Shown: piece after piece, positions 52,201-64,000 of the stretch
Layout: every line of letters starts with the position of its first letter
Position numbering within the stretch: position 1 is the stretch's first letter
Assembly: GCA_020137815.1 (NCBI GenBank)
Contig: CM035359.1
Span: 7,936,001-8,000,000 of the forward strand
Reading direction: 5' to 3'
DNA: 64,000 nucleotides
Origin: Hormiphora californensis
Taxonomy: Eukaryota; Animalia; Ctenophora
Translations under genes and position numbers: made by a program
Notes under the pieces: generated by a model
The model's database searches: none
Seen by the model: the letters and a program-made list of their open reading frames with translations, nothing else
Told to the model about the DNA's origin: nothing

Positions 52201-54310
52201 TGCCAAGTCGGGGTTTTGGCAGAGTACGTCTCTCGAGGAGGTGATGTGTTTGGAGAGACGGGTGTCATCCGCAAAGAACCGTATCACTGAGTGCATGATG
52301 ACATCCTCTAGGTCGTTGACAAAGAGAAGAAATAGGATAGGGGCAAGCACGGTGCCTTGTGGGACGCCGCTGAGAATAAGGGAAATACGGGAGAGGGAGC
52401 CTTGGACCGCAACGGTTTGGGTACGACCAATCAGGAATGAGGCTATCCAGTCAGTGATCTGGGTAGGGAAGCCGTATGATTCCATTTTGGAAAGCAGGAG
52501 GCGGTGGTCGACTCGGTCGAAAGCACGAGAGAAATCCAGGAAGATAGTGTCTGTTGCAGACCCCTCGATTAAACCCTCGATGACGTCATCGATATGACTC
52601 AGGAGCTGGGTGAGACAGCTGTGACCCGCTCGGAAACCATGTTGGTTGTCGGAGATGATATTGTTCTCCTCTATGAAAGACACAAAGTGCTTTCTCATTA
52701 CCCTTTCAAAGGACTTCATGATATGAGAGGTCATAGATATAGGGCGGTAGTTGTTGGGATCGGAGGAGGACCCCTTTTTGTGGAGGGGAGTGATAGTCGC
52801 ACGTTTATAGTAGTCTGGTACCTTGCGCAGTTCGACTGACTCTCTCAATAGTAGTGCAAGGGGAACAGCCACCTCAGTCCTACACTCTCTCAGGAATACC
52901 GCTGGAACACCATCCGGTCCAGAACCGGAAGTAGGATTGAGTTCTTTTAGGGCAGTAATGAGATCCCCTTGAATATCGTATACAGGAGATCAGGGAATGG
53001 TGTGGAGATGGTGGGAGGGGTAACGTTGATGGAAAGACCCGGGGCACATGGATCGGAAAAGGATTCGGTAAACTTGTCCTGGAAAAGATCAGCTATTGAG
53101 GCGGGATCCGAAACAGCGCTCCCTTTAGAATCGAAAAGAAGGCCAATCTCAGTTTGGAGCTTGTTCATCTGTTTGGCGAAACTATAAAAGGCCTTGGGGT
53201 TGGTTTTCATAGTTTTGACCACTGACTTCTCCTTCTTCTCTCTTAGATTGTTCAGGGCTTCACCCAGTTCGAACTCTGTGGAGGCAAGTTGGTCCGTGGC
53301 AGCAGATATTGAAGCGGGATTTGGAGAGGGGTGGGAATGTAGTGCAGCAAGCCTAGTTCTTAGCTTCTTCTTGCGTCGCCGAAGGCAGTTCAGAATCTTG
53401 GGCTTACCGGAGCGAGCTGGGCGGGTTGGGGTGTGGAGTTCACAGATTTCGAGGAATTTGTGGGTCAGGGAAATCGGGAACTCAACGAAGGAGGTTTCAT
53501 CTCGAAGTAGGGACCAGTCAGTGGAGATCAGATCTTGCTTGATCGCAGTCCAATCTGCTCGAGAGAAGTCAAGGGCTCGGAATCCTAGGGCAGCAGGAGG
53601 GCTATCATGGTGGGCAGGTGCATTTAGGGGTGGGGAGGTAAGTGCGATGTCTATGAGGCGGTGATCCGACATTTTTGTAGCCTCCGTGGACACCTGGGCC
53701 ACCCGGAGAGGTTGGTTAGTGAGGAGTACATCGAGGATATTACTTCCCCTGGTTGGGGTGAGGATGACTTGGTTGAGAAAGAAATCGGCCATGAGCGAGA
53801 ATAAGGAACAAGAGTCTGAACCTTTTCCTCTCTCCGAATTGGAACTCCAGTCAATATCCGGGAAGTTTAGATCACCACCAATAAACAGAGAGTAGTCATC
53901 GTCTATATCACTTAGGCATGATCTCAGGAAGGCAATGAGTTCGGAGAATTCAGATACCGATGAATCAGGGGGGCGGTAGACAGATGCAACTAACCATTTG
54001 GCGTGGTCAAACTTACAAACAACTGCCTGGCATACTGAGTTATCGAAGGCTAGGGAAGATGATACGGGGAGGTCAATTCTCGAGTATAGAGCGACACCAC
54101 CGCCATTCCGCAGGCCTCTGTCTGATCTATGCACCGTGTAACCAGGGATGTTAATCTGGGCATCAGAAATGTACGATTTCAGCCAGGTTTCAGATAGGAA
54201 GATAAAAGGAAGGGAGTGATTCATGGAAGCCTCATCTTCCAAAAATGTCTGCAGTGCAGGGACCTTCCACCTGGAAACACTGCGGGCAGATGGGTTAATC
54301 CCCCGTGCGT

Positions 54311-56170
<1,860 letters not shown>

Positions 56171-59100
56171 CTGGAAAGCACTGCCCTTCATCAACACTTT
56201 CCTGGCTTTTTAAATGTATGTATTACCTACCTATACGGACTGACAAATTTACGACCTTAATGGATGTGATGGGTACCGTGACGTCTTTGTGGTGAGGTGA
56301 GAGGGTGATTAAACTGGTTTAAATCCCGACGCCGATCCCGAGGCGCCAGCCGAGGGTGAGGGGGAGGTGATTTAAACCTATAAAGCGATAAAATAGGCTA
56401 ACAAACGTGCATAGTTTATGAACCCCGATAGTAATTACACGCAAATAAGAGACACAACACAAGGTGAAACACACTAGGACTGCTGGCAAATAGTCAACAG
56501 AAACCCTCAAAATGTATGTAGACTTAGTGTCTACTGTTCCTAACATGGTTGAGAAAGAGAGAGAGAAAGATTAGGGGCAATACACACTGTGAGAGGTAGT
56601 GAACAGTAAAAGAGACAATGAGAGAGAGAAACGAATGGAATGTGATTCTTTTCACTCCTTATGAGAGAGATAACATTGAAACGTGTTTCAGACATGTTTC
56701 CCCTTTCTTTTGTTGACAGAACTGTGTGTTTACACAAATTTTGAATACTTAGAATTTTACACGCATGTTATTCAAATGAAGAGAAACGCGTGAAAAAAGG
56801 GAACTGGTCTGTCAAACTGCGAGCAGGCAGCTGGCAGTTATCATGTGCACGTAAATTCTTCAAACGACTGATAATACAGCTATTGGGGTTCATAAGAGAA
56901 TGATCAAATACAAATAAGGGGTAGGCCAGATTGTAGCGCCACTAAAGTCGGATTTTTTGAAACTCTCGCCCCCCTGGGTGGCGCGCGAGTTTTTATTTGC
57001 GTGTCGGAAACTTTTTTCGCTCTCACGCCTTTGTTTCTTGACCAATTTCGTCAAACCAAATTTTTACGGACTCACAAAATTATGCTCTTTCCGATAATAT
57101 GCGTTTTTTTGCAGAAAAGTGAGAGCAAGTGGGGGCTGTCACGCACAAATACGACGCCGTGCGTGAAAATCCGACTTTAGAATGTAAGATGTTCTAGAAG
57201 ACAAGTCGGGTGGGCAGATAAGACCATTTGTTAGCTGTTACACGCGATAAGCGACTTAGTGCACCAAAACACAAGGATTGTCTCTGTAGTGTGGTGTTTA
57301 GCAATGTCCGCTATATTGAGAGAGGTGGGTGGGGAGGCGGGCGCGGGGTGAAGGTGTGGGAGGAGGGGTCAAGCAAAAGTGAAACGAACTGCAACGTAAC
57401 GGACGAGTAATTCCCATAGGACGTTCTGGAAATGCAATGTGTAGTACTAGTGTGTGTAGTACTAGTAATATTATATTCAAAAATATTTGCAGGTTATAGC
57501 AGTTACTCGTCTCGAAACTTGGCAGAGCTAAGGTACGGAGACTACATAATTGTGGATTGTAGTGAATCGATTCATAGTGTCAGTAGTGATCAAAGTTCTG
57601 ATGGACTTGCTCGGAATCTGCCGGTAAGACATGATTTTATTTCAGAATTATTTTGGAACTATCAGACAATAATATAATCAATAAATCACTCAAAACACAG
57701 TTCCACGCATCCCACACTGACTGGAATACTCCAGACAGAGCAACTAAGGGCTGCGTACAGTTTAAGATTTATAAAAGATAAAAATATGCGTTTTCACACA
57801 CGTATACTTGTTAAGAAAACACGAGAGGGAGGGGAGGGAAATCGGCACGGGTAACCAAACGGGAAGAATGCCCCAATCGGCAAAGTGGTGGTGACCTTCA
57901 ACTATGGCTCATGCAACTATGGCTCATAGAATCTATGAGCCATAGATGCATGCAACTATGACTCATAGATTCTATGAGCCATATATGCATACAACTATGG
58001 CTCATAGAAATGTGATCTGATTAGGTTTTATGAGCCTAGCTAGTGAGAGTGAGAGGGACGTGAGTGACACGTGAGTGACACGTGAGAGGCACGTGAGAGA
58101 TCGAATCATATAATATTGAATGAGCACAATATGAATAATGAGCACAAATGTAAACGATTTACATAATAATAAATCTAATATTACATAATTAAAATTACAC
58201 TATCAGTTCATCTTGGATATAATGGTAAAAGGGGTCCTTCTTTGGACAGTTCATAGAGCTTTTCACGTGAATCAGCAGCACGATGTTTATTCAAATCTAT
58301 GATCGGGTTGTTATGTTCTAACCCTCCCGAAACACAGTCTAGCCAGGCAATGATTTGATTTGAAAAAGGATAAAAATCGATATACAATATATAAAGACAA
58401 TATCCCGGTTGGCTCCTATTGACGGAGTGTCAATATAGACTGAGCGCTTACACCTCAAAATACTATAAAATTCACACACAGACAGTTCTCGCACACTACG
58501 GACAAACAGACTAATATAGTATACTTTTAATAGCTAAATAAAATAGAAATGGCTATAAGGCTATTCACACTAGACTAGATGGTTAATTTTAATTCACTCA
58601 TTAATGATAAAAATAATTACTTACCCTTGCCCATTTTTGCTAGTCCCCCACCCCTCCCCCATAATCCCCATCCAAAATGATCGGGTAGGTACTAAACAGC
58701 CGCCTTGCATTATCACTATCAGGATCCACAGTAAAAAACTCTCCAACAGGTCTGATTTTCGAGAAAGTAGTATAGGTAGGATGTTCCCAGAAATTGCCTG
58801 GCTAAAGTTTCTGATCTTTCACACTCTTCCAAAACCTCCCGGTACTCGTTGAACGTTGTAGTGTTGTTAGTGACGTCGATAACAGTTATAGCTAGTGAAT
58901 CTACTAACAAATTCTAATGAGCGGGATGGATATGTGACAGTGTCACATATCTACCCCCCCCCCTCACTGACACGATTCTGGGATGAGTCATTAGCAGAGT
59001 GAAATAATACGAGATACGAAACTTATGATTCGGGGGAGCTCATTAGCAGTGTGAGACGATACAGGATGTGGAACATGATTCGGGGAAGCTTATTGGGAGT

Positions 59101-60369
59101 GTTAGACGATAAAATGAAACACGATTCGGAGAATTTTTTATCGCTCTTTCTATCTATCTCTATCTCTATCGATCTCTATCTCTTTTTGTCAATTATCTTG
59201 GACTTGAGAACCAGATGAGGTGCCTACCATTATACTATAATGCGAGCTGACGCTACACACTTGGTGAGTTTAGTGCCCTTATTTTTGGTAATAAGATCCT
59301 ATCGGCTCGCCTCATTGTTTTTAGGAGGATATGTTGTTTTAGATGGAATGCGTTGGGTTTTATTTATTTTCGAGTCTTGCCAAACAGACCAAATTCAAAC
59401 CATTCCATCTAAAACAACAACATATCCCCCTAAAAACAACGGGACTGAGCCGACATCTCTATTATAATTTGGAAATGTCGCTAGCAACCGTTTGTGCACG
59501 TGCAAATTGAAGAGGTTGTTAGGGGCGGGTTGGTTTATACTGCACGTGCAGATGGGTACAGCAAAAGGGCAGTACTGTACTGCTGGGCAGGGGGAGTGGG
59601 TATTTGAGATAACGAGCGCTGTAAATAAACGGGTTTTCTAGTCCAGATAAAAAAAGAAAAGGAGTTTTTGAGTAAGGGGGAAGAGTGTTCCCCCTTACTC
59701 AACAAAAAAGGAATATAGTATGGACAAAAATAAGGGCACCAAAGTTGCTTCCTCGCATTAGTATGGGTAGGTATCTCATCTGGTTCTCAAGATAATTGAC
59801 AAAAAGAGATAGAGATAGATAGAAAGAGCGATAAAAACATTCTCCGAATCGTGTCTCATATCGTCTAACACTCCTAATAAGCTTCCCCGAATCATGTTCC
59901 ATATACCGTATCGTCTCACACTGCTAATGAGCTCTCCCGAATCATAAGTTTCGTATCTCGTATCGTTTCACTCTGCTAATGACGCATCCCAGAATCGTGT
60001 CAGTGAGGGGGGTGGATATGTGACACTGTCACATATCCATCACAGTGCTGCTTGCAGTCAAAATACGGTAACGCAAAATACAGTAAGGAGACGTGCACGG
60101 TGCATAACACGCGGCAAAAAGTCCATGTGTCAGCACGTACTAGCGCCCTGATTGGTCACGGCTGCGCGTCGTCTTACTGTATCTTCGTTTTCCATTACCG
60201 TTTTCCCACTACAAGCGACCGTGTCACGCTCATTAGAATTTGTTAGTGGATTCACTAGCTATAATTGTTATCGACGTCACTAACAACACTTCAACGAGTA
60301 TCGGGAGGTTTTGGAAGAGTGTGAAAGATCAGAAACTTTAGCCAGGCAATTTCTTGGAATATCCTACCT

Positions 60370-61861
60370 TAGGCCAGTCACTTTTTGCTTAATTGGTGAA
60401 CTGAGACATAACAAAGGTTTTCCACTTGCATTGTACTCCTATGGGGTCCCAGAAACACCAGAAAAATTGTTCACTCCAACCGAGGTGAAGAAAGTGCCCC
60501 AAATGGCCACGCCCTTTTTGCCTGTATTTTCAGCCTTGACCAAAAATAGCAACATTGCTTTGGATTGGAGTAGAAACGTAAATGAGGGCACTAAAATGTG
60601 TAGAATGAGCAGCAGAATCGATTGGTACCAAGCAGAAGTCGTTATCTCATCAGGTTCGAGAGATAATTGGATAATTAGGTATGCGCATAACCGTTTTTGA
60701 GCCATATGGCTATAGCCGCTCAGGAGCGGTTTCAGAAATTTTGCTTCACAGGAGCTTGTTCAGCATATAAAATTTAGTGGGGGTATCAAATATGAAGTTT
60801 TTATTGCATAAGGTCAATGAGTTATTCATCTTTAAAGATCGAAAAATGAGGGTAAAAATGAAGGAAAATCGGCAGGTGCACAGTTGCTCGACAGTCTATT
60901 TCTGGCTGCTATTTCTGGCTGCTATTTCTGGCTGCTATTTCTGGCTGCTAGACCTATTTCTGGCTGCTAGACCTATTTCTGGCTGCTAAATCTATTTCTG
61001 GCTGCAAGCAGCCAGAAATAGATTTTAGCAGCCAGAAACAGATCGTGATCAGAGTTCCCCGCCAATTGTCTTGCTATAAACAGTGTTTATGACGGTGGAG
61101 ACGGTGTAGTCCTCAGTCGGGCGCTGCTGCTGGACGTGTTGGCGAGGAAGATGGTGGTCGCATATGAACTGGTCCACTATGGTCCTCTCGATGTGCGTAT
61201 TCGGGTTGCAGGTTTACGGTCCTCGATACCTTGCAGCCAGAAATAGATTTAGCAGCCAGAAATAGGTCTTGCAGCCAGAAATAGGTCTAGCAGCCAGAAA
61301 TAGCAGCCAGAAATAGACTGTCGAGCAACTGTGCACCTGCCGGAAAATGACCAAATTTCGACTTTTTACCCCCATTTTTCGATCTTTAAAGTTGAATAAC
61401 TCATTGACCTTATGCAATAAAAACTTCATATTTGATACCCCCACTAAATTTTATATGCTGAACAAGCTCCTGTGAAGCAAAATTTCTGAAACCGCTCCTG
61501 AGCGGCTATAGCCATATGGCTCAAAAACGGTTATGCGCATACCTAATTATCCAATTATCTCTCGAACCTGATGAGATAACGACTTCTGCTTGGTACCAAT
61601 CGATTCTGCTGCTCATTCTACACATTTTAGTGCCCTCATTTACGTTTCTACTCCAATCCAAAGCAAAGTTGCTATTTTTGGTCAAGGCTGAAAATACAGG
61701 CAAAAAGGGCGTGGCCATTTGGGGCACTTTCTTCACCTCGGTTGGAGTGAACAATTTTTCTGGTGTTTCTGGGACCCCATAGGAGTACAATGCAAGTGGA
61801 AAACCTTTGTTATGTCTCAGTTCACCAAACGGCCCCAAAATGACAAAAAATGACTGGCCTA
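60370..61861. mobile_element. Palindromic non-autonomous element with TAG...CTA termini and 4-bp TSD (Academ-like)
   Basis: acct|taggccagtca...tgactggccta|acct; about 600-bp inverted arms; internal TATTTCTGGCTGC repeats. Confidence 0.72.
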
Positions 61862-62628
61862 ACCTAGGGTAAACTGGGGCAATTCGAACAACCGGGGCAA
61901 TTCGAACAATGTACCTACTGCCCGTCTCTCACCTAGTTAAGCTATCATAATGACGTCATCCTATCTCCAGAAGAAAACTGCTCGTTCGAGCCTGCCCGTT
62001 ACCACTAAATAGACTCTAGATCCGGTTTAAGTTGGTCAATTTCCGATTTGAAAAAAACCAGCTGAAAGCTAATAATATTAGCTTTCAGATGGTATAAAAA
62101 ATTATCTAAATATTCGCATGTTTTCATTACAAATTCTGGTAAATTAAGATTATCGGGGCAATTCGAACCACCGGGGAAATTCGAACCGGGGCAATTTGGT
62201 TAGTGAACCGGGCCAATGATGTGCAGTTCTTTGTACCACGTGATACCGGGGCAATTAGAACTAGAACGACCAGCGTGTAGATTGCGTGGAGATTACATTG
62301 TTCGAATTGCACCCACCTCTATCAACACAAGGCGGGAATCTTCTTCTGGTGTTGTGAGGACGTTCACGTGACTCCCACGTGACGAAATAAAGCACTCCTA
62401 TTGGTGTTGTCCGAATTGCCCCGGTACCATTTTTTCCGACCAAAATTTTTAAATTAGTTATTTAGTTTTAAAGTAAATGATGGTCCCTAGAGTTGAAATT
62501 TATCTTATTTGAAAGATAAATAATGAACTTTAATCCTATATAATTTTTTTCATTGTATCTTTTTTTAAATGGGAGTGAGAACCGATTTAAAAAACTCTCC
62601 AACAGGTCTGATTTTCGAGAAAGTAGTA

Positions 62629-62800
62629 CAGTCGAACCCCGATTTACCGGGCCCCGATTTACCGGAACCCCGATTTACCGGAAGTAAAATCTTCCCCCGA
62701 TTTAGGAAATTAACGGTATATCGCCCCGATATACCGGGCACCCCGATTTACCGGGCAAAACCCTTTCCCCCGAGCATCCCGGTAAATCGGGGTCCGACTG
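62629..62800. mobile_element. Tc1/pogo-like MITE, copy of 31194-31365
   Basis: Same 172-bp sequence, TA flanks. Confidence 0.9.
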
Positions 62801-64000
62801 TATAGGGTAAACCGGGGCAAAATGGTTAACTTTTTACTTAAAAGTAAAAAGTTAACCATTTTGCCCCGGTTTACCCTATACTACTTTCTCGAAAATCAGA
62901 CCTGTTGGAGAGTTTTTTACTGTGGATCCTGATAGTGATAATGCAAGGCGGCTGTTTAGTACCTACCCGATCATAGATTTGAATAAACATCGTGTTAAGG
63001 AGCTGCTGATTCACGTGAAAAGCTCTATGAACTGTCCAAAGAAGGACCCCTTTTACCATTATATCCAAGATGAACTGATAGTGTAATTTTAATTATGTAA
63101 TATTAGATTTATTATTATGTAAATCGTTTACATTTGTGCTCATTATTCATATTGTGCTCATTCAATATTATATGATTCGATCTCTCACGTGTCACTCACG
63201 TGTCACTCACGTGTCACGCACGTGTCACTCACGTGTCACTCACTCTCACTAGCTTTAGCTCATAGAACCTAATCAGATCACATTTCTATGAGCCATAGTT
63301 GTATGCATCTACGACTCATAGAATCTATGAGCCATAGTTGCATGCATCTATGGCTCATAGATTCTATGAGCCATAGTTGCATGAGCCATAGTTGTAGGTA
63401 ATCGTCGTTATACAGCTGATTGAAAGTTGCAGGAAGAGCCAAATTCATGCATGTCTTTGGCTAGGACTAGTTGGACTGTCTCCCCTGACAGGGGCACCTT
63501 CTAGATTTTGCGATGCCATCCTCTGGTCTAGGACCAGTGCTACATGTGGGTTCATGTAGCATCACGGAGTGACGCATGCAACGTCCGGCCGTTCATAAGG
63601 GGTAAAGTCGGGTTCCTACCCAGGTTAGCGGTTCCCGAGAAGTAAGAGGGTAAGTGTATTCGTCCTGTGGGCGTCACTGCTGCACAGGTTGACGTTTGAT
63701 TAGGTTGTTATAAGGCGATGATCGTTGCTTATGCGAAGAGTAGGTAGCTTGGTAAAATTGTACCAGTCTAGCTGGTAACTTTCATGAGGTCCAGTGGCAG
63801 TGTCAGTGCCGGTAAGCGTGATGTCTCTTTGCCTCAAAGACTTTGAGGCATTACAGCGGTCCCATATGATTTTCTACCGCCCCCGCATGGAAATTTTGCT
63901 GAGGGTGGTTGGTAGACGGGCTACCAGTAAGCGTGTTGTCTCATTGAGGCAAAACGACGGTCCCACATGATTTTCTACCGCCCCCAGCGTGGAAATTTTG

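Larger units (their letters stand above)
57894..63399. repeat. 5.5-kb composite inverted repeat with later insertions
   Basis: 57894-58308 mirrors ~62965-63399; 58677-58775 mirrors ~62876-62974; 58775-58922 mirrors ~60228-60369; 58925-59240 mirrors ~59755-60040. Confidence 0.85.

Noticed and set aside
57493-57760. Possible exons with an LRR-like peptide (NLAELR/IILELSDNNI)
   Set aside because: Competing donors, the LRR spacing is off by one residue, and there is no other support.
60311-61838. Mirror-image 76-129 aa ORFs
   Set aside because: Arise from the inverted arms of a non-autonomous element; no transposase motifs.

Overview
Eukaryotic (animal) genomic DNA that is almost entirely transposable-element derived; no prokaryotic operon, rRNA or CRISPR signal was seen. 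Retroelements: (1) a 5'-truncated, internally deleted R4/Dong-like RLE non-LTR element inside a (GA)n microsatellite (120-3537); (2) an RTE-like RT fragment; (3) two neighbouring stand-alone LINE-ORF1-like genes with no ORF2, the second a precisely delimited 1.44-kb ORF1-only retroposon with 3' stem-loops and a (TGAT)6 tail (15254-16690; the top finding); (4) a 3.9-kb Ty3/gypsy-type element with gag, a UUUAAAC -1 frameshift site and a protease fused in frame to the integrase C-terminus, with no RT, RNase H or integrase core (32961-36834); (5) a CR1-like LINE with a PHD + 3xCCCH ORF1 and a candidate -1 frameshift into ORF2. There are many non-autonomous DNA transposons whose TIRs/TSDs resemble hAT, Mutator/Foldback, piggyBac (CTAG TSD), Kolobok, Harbinger, Tc1/pogo, Academ and Helentron-associated (HINE) elements, including a four-level nest at 17942-23811 whose pre-insertion state is preserved in a tandem duplicate. 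A few probable host exons are present (a C-type lectin domain exon, and a signal-peptide gene start). About 42-52 kb looks like unpolished long-read sequence with inflated homopolymers and cannot be read reliably. The 172-bp pogo-like MITE translates to a peptide I recall from ctenophore (Pleurobrachia-type) gene models, so a ctenophore origin is an unverified guess. Superfamily labels rest on termini, TSDs and motifs read by eye, not on database searches.
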